Shown one piece after another: positions 50,700 through 60,304 of a DNA stretch of 64,000 nt. Under the pieces are notes generated by a model. That model made no database searches. It was not told the DNA's origin and saw nothing but the letters and a program-made list of their open reading frames with translations. Source of the DNA: Minisyncoccota bacterium (GTDB lineage: Bacteria; Patescibacteriota; Minisyncoccia; Moranbacterales; UBA2206); contig JARLIA010000005.1 of NCBI GenBank assembly GCA_031291955.1, forward strand, positions 74,034 through 138,033. The letters are read 5' to 3'. The position numbers and the translations under genes were made by a program. How positions within the stretch are numbered: position 1 is the stretch's first letter; each line of letters opens with the position of its first letter.

Positions 50700-51854
50700 T
50701 TACTTCAACTCCAAATTGGCGTCAGTTTCCAATTTTTTCCAGTTAGCTTTGCATATTTTTTTATCCGGCGCCAGCTTGTGCCGGTAATAGGCGGCGGCAG
50801 CGATCATGGCGGCGTTGTCTAAAGAGTAGCATGTATCAGGCATGATGTATAAAGTATTTTTTAATCCTTCTTTTATTTTTTCGCCGAGCTGGTGGCGTAA
50901 TTCGGAATTGGCGCTGACGCCGCCGGCCAAGAGGATTGTTTTAGGATTATATTTTTTGGCGGCGGAAATTGTTTTGGAAACCAGAACGTCACAGACTGCT
51001 TGCTGGAATTCGCGGCAAACTTCGGCCACAAATTTTTTATCCCCCAGCAATTTTTCATTTTTCTTCACCAAGTATAGCACGGCCGTCTTCAGTCCGGAAA
51101 AGGAAAAATTAAAATTCTTGGAGTTTATCATGGGCCGGGGAAGGGATATCGCATATCGCATATCGCGTAACGTGGAACCTGTATTTATTTTGCGCTCTGC
51201 GTTTTGCGCTTCATGCTCCACGCTTTGCGTTGCGCGTTTTGCGATTTCTGGTCCGCCGGGATAGCTCAAATTTAAGATGCGAGCCACTTTGTCAAAAGCT
51301 TCGCCGGCCGCGTCGTCCAGCGTCTGGCCGATGATTTCATAAACCAAATGTTTTTTCATCAGCACCAACTGCGTATGCCCGCCGGAAACGACGAGGCAGA
51401 GAATGGGGAATTGAATGGAAGAATTTTGAATTTGTTTGGGATTTGAGATTTTGGATTTAGTGCTTACGCGAATTTTGTCTTCGATAAAATTCGCGTAGAT
51501 GTGTCCTTCGATGTGATGGATGCCGATGAGCGGTGTGCGCCAAAGATAGGATAAAGTCTTGGCGGCTGTCGTTCCGACCAGAAGGGCGGGAATCAACCCT
51601 GGGCCGTTGGTGACAGCGATGAGATCGATGTCGCGCGAGGTTATGCCAGCTTCTTTCAGCGCGGCTTCGATTACGGGCGTAATATTTTTGAGATGTTCCC
51701 GGGCAGCCAGGTTCGGCACCACGCCGCCCCATTTGGCGTGGAGTTTGACTTGGGAAGAGACAATGCTCGAAAGCACCGTTAGATTATCTTTTTCTCCCGC
51801 CAAAACGGCCGCCGCCGTTTCATCGCAGGAAGTTTCAAGGCCGAGGATAAGCAT
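50700..51854 (-). CDS. tsaD: tRNA N6-adenosine threonylcarbamoyltransferase TsaD (384 aa, two in-frame insertions)
   Basis: GLETSCDETAAAV, HHIEGHIYA, VSGGHTQL, LAGGVSAN. Confidence 0.93.
   Translation of the reverse strand: MLILGLETSCDETAAAVLAGEKDNLTVLSSIVSSQVKLHAKWGGVVPNLAAREHLKNITPVIEAALKEAGITSRDIDLIAVTNGPGLIPALLVGTTAAKTLSYLWRTPLIGIHHIEGHIYANFIEDKIRVSTKSKISNPKQIQNSSIQFPILCLVVSGGHTQLVLMKKHLVYEIIGQTLDDAAGEAFDKVARILNLSYPGGPEIAKRATQSVEHEAQNAERKINTGSTLRDMRYAISLPRPMINSKNFNFSFSGLKTAVLYLVKKNEKLLGDKKFVAEVCREFQQAVCDVLVSKTISAAKKYNPKTILLAGGVSANSELRHQLGEKIKEGLKNTLYIMPDTCYSLDNAAMIAAAAYYRHKLAPDKKICKANWKKLETDANLELK
51146..51246 (-). repeat. in-frame word-palindrome module inside tsaD (CGCAAAAC/GTGGA words)
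   Basis: The coding strand reads ATCGCAAAACGCGCAACGCAAAGCGTGGAGC...GGTTCCACGTTACGCGATATGCGATATGC. It encodes TQSVEHEAQNAERKINTGSTLRDMRYAIS between conserved PGGPEIAK and LPRPM. Confidence 0.8.
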
Positions 51855-52072
51855 AAATTTAACTTATGATTCGTAGTAGTTACTATAGACCAAGGAAAAT
51901 ATTTTTGCAATTTGTCAACATGGCATAACAATCTTTTTTATTTTAATCAGAACAAGATATATTCAATCTGTCAATAAATAATGACTTTATTTTTATCCGA
52001 TCATGTGCTTTAATGGGGACGAATCCGGCGCTTGCCCAGTGAAAGATTGGGCGGCTGTCCGGAGTAATAGCT

Positions 52073-52690
52073 ATGTCTAAAAAATCACAAAAAGAAATAA
52101 TGCGGCCGGTCCTTGAAGTGGAGAAAGAGGATTTGTCCGACAATGAGCTGATAAAGCTCATTCGGCAGGATAATTCCGAGAGATACGCCGAAATTATCGA
52201 ACGCTATCAGGGCAAGCTTTTTGCTTATATTTACCGCCTGGTTGGTTCTCGCGATGAGGCGGAGGATTTGTTGCAGGATGTTTTCATCAAGGCTTACCGG
52301 AATCTCAAAAGTTATGACGCTGAACGGAAATTTTCTTCCTGGATCTATCGTATCGCCCATAATGAAGCCGTTAACCATATCAAGCGCCGGTCGCTGAAGC
52401 GGTTTATTCCTTGGGAGGATGTGACGGCTACCAAGGATAAGTTGGAAATGTCAAGTGCGGAAGAGGATGCCCAATCCAGTTGGATCCGGAAAGAAACCAG
52501 CCAGGAAGTGGACCAGGCTATCAACCGTCTGCCCTTCAAATACAAACAAGTGCTGGTCTTGCGCTACTATTCCGACAAATCTTATGAAGAAATCAGTGCC
52601 ATTCTCAGCCGTCCAGTCAACACGGTTGGAACCCTTATTAATCGAGCCAAGAAAAAGCTGGCGGAAGAATTGAAAGACAGGAAGAACTAA
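52073..52690 (+). CDS. ECF-type RNA polymerase sigma factor (sigma-70 family)
   Basis: Region 2 (DLLQDVFIKAYRNL, WIYRIAHNEAVNHIKR) and region 4 (VLVLRYYSDKSYEEISAIL...NTVGTLINRAKKKL). Confidence 0.9.
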   Translation: MSKKSQKEIMRPVLEVEKEDLSDNELIKLIRQDNSERYAEIIERYQGKLFAYIYRLVGSRDEAEDLLQDVFIKAYRNLKSYDAERKFSSWIYRIAHNEAVNHIKRRSLKRFIPWEDVTATKDKLEMSSAEEDAQSSWIRKETSQEVDQAINRLPFKYKQVLVLRYYSDKSYEEISAILSRPVNTVGTLINRAKKKLAEELKDRKN

Positions 52691-52711
52691 GAAATTAAGA
52701 AATTAGAAACT

Positions 52712-52912
52712 ATGAGTGGTAATTCAACTGAAAACGATCCTCAAAAAAATGTCCCAGATGTCAGGGGTAAGGTGATGGAAAAGATAAAATGCCGGGAAAT
52801 AAAAATGAAGAGCCGCCTGGCTTGCGTCACGGGAATTTTCGCGTGGTATTTTCTGGTGGCAGTGGTTATTCTCGGAGCGATGTTTGTCGTTTTGGGAATG
52901 ATGCGGCGTTGA
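52712..52912 (+). CDS. small single-TM protein, putative anti-sigma factor
   Basis: Position immediately after the ECF sigma gene, with one C-terminal TM helix. No zf-HC2 motif seen. Confidence 0.45.
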   Translation: MSGNSTENDPQKNVPDVRGKVMEKIKCREIKMKSRLACVTGIFAWYFLVAVVILGAMFVVLGMMRR

Positions 52913-53005
52913 GGTTGACTGGTTGATTTTTTCATGCTAACATATTCTTGACTTTGAAAGATAAAGTGAGCCGGAAGGCCGCTTTATTTGTTATTGTTCC
53001 AATAT

Positions 53006-53077
53006 GGCCTCATCGTCTAGCGGCTAGGACGCCAGGTTTTCATCCTGGTAACAGGGGTTCGATTCCCCTTGAGGCTA
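53006..53077 (+). tRNA. tRNA-Glu (anticodon UUC)
   Basis: GGCCTCA-TC-GTCT-AGCGGCTA-GGAC-G-CCAGG-TTTTCAT-CCTGG-TAAC-AGGGG-TTCGATT-CCCCT-TGAGGCT-A. Confidence 0.88.
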
Positions 53078-53082
53078 CGAAA

Positions 53083-53110
53083 AATAAGACTCTTCTCGAG
53101 TCTTATTTTT
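53083..53110. terminator. bidirectional terminator
   Basis: AATAAGACTC-TTCTC-GAGTCTTATT followed by a T tract. Confidence 0.7.
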
Positions 53111-53131
53111 TATTTGGCTTAAGTTCTAATT

Positions 53132-53551
53132 TTAATTCCGGCTCAAATTGCGGATGAAGTTTGGAGAGAACGTGCCGTCTGAAAAATGGCCGTAGGCGAC
53201 GAGGTGATCGTTCTTATTGATGTCGCTGATCTTAATTAGCGAACCGTTGCGGCCGACGATCCGGGCCGAGGAGACGTTGAAATAATAATCATTGTTTTGC
53301 GTTTGGATTTTCAAGTGGGACGGGCCGGCGTAAGTGACTGTCCCCATAAGAACCGTCATGTTTTGCCAGTGGTTATTTCCGGATTGGCTATTGTTCCAGT
53401 GCGAACGGTTGATCTGGGGATAATTATTCCGAGAAGCGGCGCTGGCTCCGCTGACGCTGAATGCTCCGGCGCCGAGAATGGCCAGTGTGGCCGCGAGAGC
53501 GAAGGGAGAGATGGCGCTTGTTCGATTTTTTTTCTTGGGATTCTTTTCCAT
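53132..53551 (-). CDS. secreted hypothetical protein (139 aa)
   Basis: Signal peptide SPFALAATLAILGAGAFSVSGASA. No family recognised with confidence. Confidence 0.6.
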   Translation of the reverse strand: MEKNPKKKNRTSAISPFALAATLAILGAGAFSVSGASAASRNNYPQINRSHWNNSQSGNNHWQNMTVLMGTVTYAGPSHLKIQTQNNDYYFNVSSARIVGRNGSLIKISDINKNDHLVAYGHFSDGTFSPNFIRNLSRN

Positions 53552-53777
53552 ATTGTTGTTTTTTTAACATTTAAAAACGGAAAAACTTCGGGCAATTGTA
53601 TATTAATACGCAAATTCTTTTTTGATTCTGTCATCAAGGCCATCCATTTATTTGACAAGGGCGAACTTTTACCAAATTGAAATAAGTGGTATAATAAAGT
53701 CAACGAAACTTTTAGAATGCGACCAGCTTAACGCAACGCTTTCTCCGGCCCGGCGAAGGATGTTTTGCGCCATAAAA

Positions 53778-55469
53778 ATGAAAAACAAAAAAGACATCGC
53801 CCCGATCGATGTGGCTTACTTTTCCATGGAGTTCGCTCTCTCAAGCGATATCCCCAACTATGCCGGGGGACTGGGAGTGCTCGCGGCCGACATGATGTAT
53901 TCGGCGACTGACTTGGGACTTCAAGCCGTCGGTGTTTCTTTGATTTATCATCAGAACGACGACCCGAAGCTGGCCTTCCCGCTCGCGAAATATCTTCAGC
54001 GTTGCCCGGAAACTATCGAGGTTAAGATTGAGAGCCGCGTTGTTAAGGTGGCGATTTGGAAAAAGGAAATCAAATCCGGGCGGCATCGCTTGCCGATTTA
54101 TTTTTTGAGCACTTATCTGCCGGAGAACGAACGCTGGGATCGCGATCTAACTAAGAATCTCTATTCTGATAATGCCTACACCCGGCTTTGTCAGGAAACA
54201 CTTTTGGGTGTGGGCGGCGTACGCGCGCTAGAGGCTTTGGGGTACACCGATATCCGGCGCTATCACATGAACGAAGGCCATTGCTCGCTTCTGACTTTGG
54301 AACTTTTGAAAAAGAACAATTACGACGAAAATAAAGTCCGCTCACTCTGTTCATTCACCACGCACACCCCGATCGCTTCCGGTCATGACTATTTCGACTA
54401 TGATCTGGCCTATCGGACGATCGGCGACGTGCTCACTTGGGACATCCGGCAGTTGGCTGGCAATGATCGGTTAGGCATGACTCAGCTTGGTCTGGCGCTC
54501 TCCGCTAAGGCCAACGCGGTTTCCCGGCGACACACCCAAGTGTGTCGGGAGATGTTTCCCGATCATAAATTTGAGAGCATTACTAACGGCGTCTATCATC
54601 CGCATTGGGCCGGCCGGCACATGCGCAATCTTTTGGATGAAAATTTCCCCGATTGGCGCGAGCGGCCGGAAGTTTTGGCGGACGCGCCCAGCCGACTGGC
54701 TGACAAGGAATTGCTCCGGGCGCGTAGAAGAGAGAAGGAAGATCTGGTTGAATGGATCAACTCAAATCCTGAATTTTTTCCTTTCCGAGATGTGACGGAT
54801 GAAGATTATTTTTCCGAAGACGTGCTGACGATCGGATTCGCCCGCCGTTTCGTGCCATACAAGCGGCCGGAACTGATTTTCCGCCAAGCAGAGGCACTCC
54901 GGAATATCGGAAACAAGAAACTTCAGTTGGTTTTTGCCGGTCATTGCGGGCCGACTGACAATTTTTGCAACAACATCATGCATACTATCGAGGATTATAC
55001 GCAAAAATTCCGCGGTGAGATCAAAGTGGCTTTGGTTCCGGATTATAAACTAGACATCGCTTTTCGCCTCGTCAGCGGTTGTGATGTTTGGCTCAATACA
55101 CCCATCCCGCCGAGAGAAGCCAGTGGAACGTCCGGCATGAAAGCGGCGCTCAATGGATGTCTCAATTTATCCATTCCGGACGGTTGGTGGGTCGAGGGAA
55201 TCAAAAAATATCCCGCATCTGGTTGGGCTTTTGGCAGTCGGACCGCGAGTCTGGACGAAGTCTGCCGGGACGATGAAGACGCGAAGGACCTCATTGCCAA
55301 GCTGCAGAATGTTATTTATTGCTATTATGAAAAAAAGGAAGAGTGGACCGAACGCATGAAATATTCCATCGCCCTTTTGTCATATTTTAATACCCACCGG
55401 GTCGTTCGCGAATATTGTGAAAAGATGTGGAATGTGGAAAATGCTTCGATAACGGATGAAGTGGATTAA
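53778..55469 (+). CDS. alpha-glucan (glycogen/maltodextrin) phosphorylase, short GT35 form
   Basis: YAGGLGVLAADMMYSATDLGL and the PLP-lysine region EASGTSGMKAALNG. Start set to ATG 53778 (MKNKKDIAPIDVAYFSMEF). Confidence 0.88.
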   Translation: MKNKKDIAPIDVAYFSMEFALSSDIPNYAGGLGVLAADMMYSATDLGLQAVGVSLIYHQNDDPKLAFPLAKYLQRCPETIEVKIESRVVKVAIWKKEIKSGRHRLPIYFLSTYLPENERWDRDLTKNLYSDNAYTRLCQETLLGVGGVRALEALGYTDIRRYHMNEGHCSLLTLELLKKNNYDENKVRSLCSFTTHTPIASGHDYFDYDLAYRTIGDVLTWDIRQLAGNDRLGMTQLGLALSAKANAVSRRHTQVCREMFPDHKFESITNGVYHPHWAGRHMRNLLDENFPDWRERPEVLADAPSRLADKELLRARRREKEDLVEWINSNPEFFPFRDVTDEDYFSEDVLTIGFARRFVPYKRPELIFRQAEALRNIGNKKLQLVFAGHCGPTDNFCNNIMHTIEDYTQKFRGEIKVALVPDYKLDIAFRLVSGCDVWLNTPIPPREASGTSGMKAALNGCLNLSIPDGWWVEGIKKYPASGWAFGSRTASLDEVCRDDEDAKDLIAKLQNVIYCYYEKKEEWTERMKYSIALLSYFNTHRVVREYCEKMWNVENASITDEVD

Positions 55470-55488
55470 TCCGGATAAATTTTTTGAC

Positions 55489-56739
55489 ATGAATCGACCG
55501 AAGCTCCTTATGTTCGGATGGGAATTTCCGCCGCATAACAGCGGCGGCTTAGGTGTAGCCTGTTTTGGTCTTTCCCGGGCTTTGTCCCGTCTGAACACTG
55601 AAATAATTTTCGTCCTGCCGCAAAAGATTCCGACCACAGCTGATTTTATGCGGGTAGTTTTTCCGGAAGATTATTTGAGCGAAGAGATTATCCGTCAGAG
55701 CCGCTTAACTGGAGATTTAATGTTGCACGCATATGTTACTTCCCAAGAATATCAAACCCAACTTGAGAAAGTCTCCTTGCTAAAAGGTGCGGTAACCTAC
55801 GCCAGTGATCTTTACGGCGAAGTGCGCCGCTACGGGGTGTTGGCTCGGGCGATCGCCAAAAAAGAAACTTTTGATGTTATTCATGCGCATGACTGGCTCT
55901 CTTTTCCTGCTGGCATCGAAGCTAAAAGAGTGAGTGGAAAACCGCTGATTGTCCATGTCCATGCTACAGAATTTGATCGCTGTGGCGGACCTGACATCAA
56001 TCGGCAGGTATTTGAAATCGAAAAAGAAGGTTTGGAGAAAGCGGATGGTATCGTGGCGATCAGTGAATTTGTGAAAAACAATATTATCCGAAATTACGGA
56101 GCTGATCCAAAAAAGATCCGGGTCATTCATAATGGCGTGGACGAAGAAGATTATGCGACTGATCCGGGCGCCCACGAAGGCTTCGAAGCGCTCAAGGCGG
56201 CCGGTAAAAAAATAGTTCTTTTCTTGGGACGGATTACTATTCAAAAAGGACCGGACTATTTTATTGAGGCAGCCAAAATTGTTCTCAACTACAATCCCGA
56301 TGTCATTTTTTTGGTGGCCGGCTCGGGCGACATGGAGCGGCAGATGATTCGGAAAGCCGCCGAACTGGGGATCGGAGACAAAGTTATTTTCACTGGATTT
56401 TTGCGCGGCAAGGAATGGCTCCAGGTTTTCCGCTCCGCCGATCTTTTCGTCATGCCATCCGTTTCCGAACCGTTTGGCCTTGTGGCGCTGGAATCGATGG
56501 TCAATGGTACGCCGGTTTTGATTTCCAAACAATCCGGAGTGTCGGAAGTGGCGCGAAATGTCCTCAAAACTGATTTTTGGGACACGGAAGAAATGGCTAA
56601 TAAGATTCTAGCAGTCTTGGGCAGCGAAGGCTTGCCGGCCGTGCTTAAAAAAGAAGGTTTTTCTGAAGCGCGCGAGATTAGCTGGAAAGAGGCGGCCAAA
56701 AAATGTATCGAATTTTATAACCAATTGGCACAGACATAA
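55489..56739 (+). CDS. glycogen-synthase-like glycosyltransferase (GT4/GT5 type)
   Basis: FPPHNSGGLGVA N-terminal motif, HAHDW, and C-terminal PSVSEPFGLVALESM. Start set to ATG 55489. Confidence 0.8.
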   Translation: MNRPKLLMFGWEFPPHNSGGLGVACFGLSRALSRLNTEIIFVLPQKIPTTADFMRVVFPEDYLSEEIIRQSRLTGDLMLHAYVTSQEYQTQLEKVSLLKGAVTYASDLYGEVRRYGVLARAIAKKETFDVIHAHDWLSFPAGIEAKRVSGKPLIVHVHATEFDRCGGPDINRQVFEIEKEGLEKADGIVAISEFVKNNIIRNYGADPKKIRVIHNGVDEEDYATDPGAHEGFEALKAAGKKIVLFLGRITIQKGPDYFIEAAKIVLNYNPDVIFLVAGSGDMERQMIRKAAELGIGDKVIFTGFLRGKEWLQVFRSADLFVMPSVSEPFGLVALESMVNGTPVLISKQSGVSEVARNVLKTDFWDTEEMANKILAVLGSEGLPAVLKKEGFSEAREISWKEAAKKCIEFYNQLAQT

Positions 56740-56862
56740 AATTTTCAATTTTCAATTTTCAATTTCTAAACAATTTCCAATGTATGAATTGATAAATTTT
56801 AAAATTGGTAAATTAAATAATTGTTTGAAAATTAAAAATTAGAAATTGAAAATTTAAATAAT
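56740..56862. repeat. AT-rich word-stutter imperfect palindrome (TTTTCAA words), copy 2
   Basis: 56742-56765 is identical to 30226-30249. The right half carries AAATTGAAAATT, the reverse complement of AATTTTCAATTT. Confidence 0.8.
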
Positions 56863-58071
56863 ATGCCTTCCATCTGTTTCTATTTCCAGGTCCATCAACC
56901 CATGCGGATTAAAAAATACCGCTTTTTTGACATCGGTCAGGATCATAATTATTTCAACGACCATAGCGACACCAACTTGAATAATGTCAAAATACTGAAA
57001 AAAGTGTCGGATAAATGTTATCTGCCAGCCAATCGGATCCTGCTGGAAATGATCAGGCAGCATCCGGAATTTAAGATTTCCTTTTCTTTTTCTGGCGTTT
57101 TTTTGGAACAGTTGGAAATGTTTATGCCGGAAGTTTTAGCATCCTTTCAAGAATTGGTGGCCACTGGCAATGTGGAAATTCTGGACGAAACCTACTATCA
57201 TTCTTTGTCTTTTCTTTATTCGCCGGAGGAATTCAAACATCAAGTGGGAAAGCACAAAAAAATGATCCGAAGACTGTTCGGTCTCACTCCGCGGGCTTTT
57301 CGGAATACCGAACTTATTTATAACAATGACCTGGCTCGAGCAGTGGAAGAAATGGGCTACAAAGTTATTCTGGCCGAAGGAGCCGACCACATCCTGGGCT
57401 GGCGCAGTCCCAATTTTCTCTATCGGCCGCAAGGCTTGGATAAAATTAAATTATTAGTTAAAAATTACAAACTGTCAGACGACATCGCCTTTCGTTTTTC
57501 GGAGCGTAGCTGGAAGGAACATCCGCTGACAGCCGGAAAATTCGCCCATTGGGTGGCTGAGCATAACGGCAATGGAGAAGTCATCAATCTCTTTATGGAT
57601 TATGAAACTTTCGGCGAGCACCAGTGGGCCGACACCGGTATTTTTGAATTTCTGCGCCATTTGCCCGCCGAATTGGCCCAAAAATCTGATATCGATTTTG
57701 TCACCCCGAGCGAGGCGGCCGCGCGCTACCGCCCGGTAGGTGAGTTGGACGCGCCGCATTTTGTTTCCTGGGCCGACACCGAGCGCGATCTCTCCGCCTG
57801 GCTCTCCAATGATATGCAACGGGAAGCGATGGAAAAAATCTATGCCCTGGAAGAGGAAATTAAAAATATTAATGACGATCGTTTGCTCGAAGACTGGCGG
57901 CGACTCCAGACTTCCGACCATTTCTATTACATGTGCACCAAATGGTGGAACGACGGGGACGTCCATAAATATTTCAATCCGTACGATTCTCCCTATGATG
58001 CTTTCATCGCTTTCATAAACGCCCTAAATGATGTAAAATTAAGAAGTCAGAACTTGGTCGCGAAAAAATAA
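56863..58071 (+). CDS. glycoside hydrolase family 57 enzyme (alpha-amylase / branching-enzyme-like)
   Basis: N-terminus ICFYFQVHQPMRIK and overall GH57-like catalytic region (ETFGEHQW). Confidence 0.75.
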   Translation: MPSICFYFQVHQPMRIKKYRFFDIGQDHNYFNDHSDTNLNNVKILKKVSDKCYLPANRILLEMIRQHPEFKISFSFSGVFLEQLEMFMPEVLASFQELVATGNVEILDETYYHSLSFLYSPEEFKHQVGKHKKMIRRLFGLTPRAFRNTELIYNNDLARAVEEMGYKVILAEGADHILGWRSPNFLYRPQGLDKIKLLVKNYKLSDDIAFRFSERSWKEHPLTAGKFAHWVAEHNGNGEVINLFMDYETFGEHQWADTGIFEFLRHLPAELAQKSDIDFVTPSEAAARYRPVGELDAPHFVSWADTERDLSAWLSNDMQREAMEKIYALEEEIKNINDDRLLEDWRRLQTSDHFYYMCTKWWNDGDVHKYFNPYDSPYDAFIAFINALNDVKLRSQNLVAKK

Positions 58072-58111
58072 AGACACCTATAAAAATAAATAATTATTAA
58101 AAAACAAACCT

Positions 58112-58474
58112 ATGCTTGATATGATCTTTGGACGATCGAGAAAGCAGACGGTCGATCTCAAGCCGATGAGAGCCAAAACAAAACCGGTGGTCAAAAGAAC
58201 CGCCGCCAAGGCGCCGACGCGTATTTTCATGGAAGCGACGGATGACATGTGCTTCTGGGTGAATAACGGTCCGGTGCTGAAGAATCTTCATGATCTGGCG
58301 AACGCGCTCGAAACCATGAGCGATGAGCAGTATGATTATCATACGCTCCGCGATGGCAACGATTTTGCCCGTTGGACAGAAGGCGTTTTGGGTGACAAGG
58401 ATTTGGCCAAAAAGATCGCTCGTGCCAAGAACTGTTCGGCGGCCGCGGCTGTGCTTCAAAAATATCTGGCCTAA
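58112..58474 (+). CDS. conserved hypothetical protein (120 aa) embedded in the glucan cluster
   Basis: ORF with a basic N-terminus and the FWVNNGPVLKNLHDLANAL...NDFARW core. Family not recognised. Confidence 0.55.
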   Translation: MLDMIFGRSRKQTVDLKPMRAKTKPVVKRTAAKAPTRIFMEATDDMCFWVNNGPVLKNLHDLANALETMSDEQYDYHTLRDGNDFARWTEGVLGDKDLAKKIARAKNCSAAAAVLQKYLA

Positions 58475-58560
58475 AACATTCATTTAATCAAAACACGTCC
58501 AGTTCTCTGATATTGGGAAATGGAAATGTTTTGGTGTAACTGAAAACATTGGTTAATAAC

Positions 58561-60234
58561 ATGCTTGGCAGTAAAAAAAAATATAATGGCCGGCAATGGT
58601 GGAAAGAAGCCGTGTTCTATCAGGTATATCCGCGCAGTTTTCGCGATACCAACGGCGACGGCAACGGAGATTTGGCGGGGATAATTGAAAAATTGGATTA
58701 CCTTCATGATTTGGGTGTGGATGCCATATGGCTGACGCCGATTTACGCTTCTCCTATGGCGGATAACGGTTATGATGTTTCTGATTACTATGCTGTCAAT
58801 CCGATGTTTGGCGCCATGGCTGATTTCGAGAAATTGCTCGAAGGTCTTCATTTCCGCGGGATGAAACTGATGATGGATCTGGTAATTAATCACACCTCCG
58901 TTTTTCATCCTTGGTTTTTAGAGTCGCGATCGAGCCTGGATAATCCGAAGCGTGATTGGTATATTTGGAGATATGGCCGCGATGGACACGAGCCGAACAA
59001 TTGGGCAAGTCACTTTATGACCTCAGCTTGGGAATTTGACGAAAAAACAAATCAATACTATTTACATATGTTTTCCAAAGAGCAAGCAGATTTGAATTGG
59101 AGAAATGCGGAAGTGAAGGAAGAAATTTTCCAGATGGTCAGATTTTGGCTGGGAAAAGGAGTGGATGCATTTCGCATGGATATGGCGAACTATCTCATGA
59201 AATCGGAAAGTCTGCCGGACGCTCCGCGGCGTGAGGGAGACACGCGTCCCTATGTCCATGGCGAAGGCTTGTATGCCAATCAGCCTGGGATGCGCGAGCT
59301 CCTGACTGAGCTTCGCTCTGAAGTTTTGGACAAATACGGCGCTGTCATTTTCGGCGAGATGTATTTTTTGACGCCGGAAACCGCCTTGGAATATGCGGCT
59401 TATGATCAGCGGAGGATGGACATGCTTTATCAATATGAAATCGTGGGCGCGAGAGGTGACTGGGAAAAAGTCAAAAAATCCGTCCGTGTTTGGTATGAGG
59501 CTTTTAAAGGGAAAGCGTGGAGCTCAATCACGTTTTCCAATCATGATTCGCCGCGGCCGGTTTCGATTTTTGGTGATGACAAAAACGCGCGCGCGGAGTC
59601 GGCCAAGTGCTTGGCAACTTTTCTTCTGACCGCTCCGGGGACGCCGTTTTTTCTGGAAGGGGAAGAGCTTGGCATGACCAATGTGACCTATCCTGATTTG
59701 GCCAGCTATTCTGATATCGAAATGAAAACCAAGTATGCGGAGCGGGTTTCCCGCGGTGAGGATCCGGGTTCTATTTTAATAGATCTTGCGCGTTGGAGCC
59801 GGGATAACGCCCGGACGCCGATGCAATGGAATGCTGAAACCGAGGCGGGCTTCACGACCGGACGGCCGTGGCTTCCCGTTAACCCGAATTATCCCGAAGT
59901 AAATGTTGATTTCGAACAGGAGGATACGGATTCAGTCTTGAATTTTTATAAAAAGCTCATCGCCCTCCGCCGCAAACACCGGGCGCTTATTTACGGCGAA
60001 TATGTTCCGCTCACGCCTGATGATTGGGAAACTTACGCTTATAAGCGCGTCTTGGGGGCGGACGTTTATATTATTATTCTCAACACTTCTCCCCGGGAAT
60101 GGCATATGAAGATACCGGACGAACTGAAAAACCACCGTCACAAGCTTCTGCTTTCTAGTCTCGCGCCAAACAGCGACATGGAAGAAGAATTTCTGCTCAA
60201 GCCGTGGGAAACAAGGATCTACAAGTCATCTTGA
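58561..60234 (+). CDS. GH13 alpha-glucosidase (oligo-1,6-glucosidase / trehalose-6-P hydrolase-like)
   Basis: WWKEAVFYQVYPRSF, DLVINHTS (region I), GVDAFRMDM (region II), FGEMY (region III), FSNHDSPR (region IV). Confidence 0.9.
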   Translation: MLGSKKKYNGRQWWKEAVFYQVYPRSFRDTNGDGNGDLAGIIEKLDYLHDLGVDAIWLTPIYASPMADNGYDVSDYYAVNPMFGAMADFEKLLEGLHFRGMKLMMDLVINHTSVFHPWFLESRSSLDNPKRDWYIWRYGRDGHEPNNWASHFMTSAWEFDEKTNQYYLHMFSKEQADLNWRNAEVKEEIFQMVRFWLGKGVDAFRMDMANYLMKSESLPDAPRREGDTRPYVHGEGLYANQPGMRELLTELRSEVLDKYGAVIFGEMYFLTPETALEYAAYDQRRMDMLYQYEIVGARGDWEKVKKSVRVWYEAFKGKAWSSITFSNHDSPRPVSIFGDDKNARAESAKCLATFLLTAPGTPFFLEGEELGMTNVTYPDLASYSDIEMKTKYAERVSRGEDPGSILIDLARWSRDNARTPMQWNAETEAGFTTGRPWLPVNPNYPEVNVDFEQEDTDSVLNFYKKLIALRRKHRALIYGEYVPLTPDDWETYAYKRVLGADVYIIILNTSPREWHMKIPDELKNHRHKLLLSSLAPNSDMEEEFLLKPWETRIYKSS

Positions 60235-60304
60235 ATTGTGTCGAATTTGAGTTGAAAGATAATTCAAGCTTGTTAATTTTTCATATTCTTCCTACAATAT
60301 ATTC

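Noticed and set aside
52948-53157. 69-aa ORF over tRNA-Glu. Similarly, ORF 47921..48127 lies over tRNA-Arg(UCU) and ORFs 46913..47431 and 47148..47342 lie over the tRNA block and pilus-operon tail.
   Set aside because: They overlap well-formed tRNA genes or a better-supported CDS on the other strand. They are by-products of GC-rich tRNA sequence.
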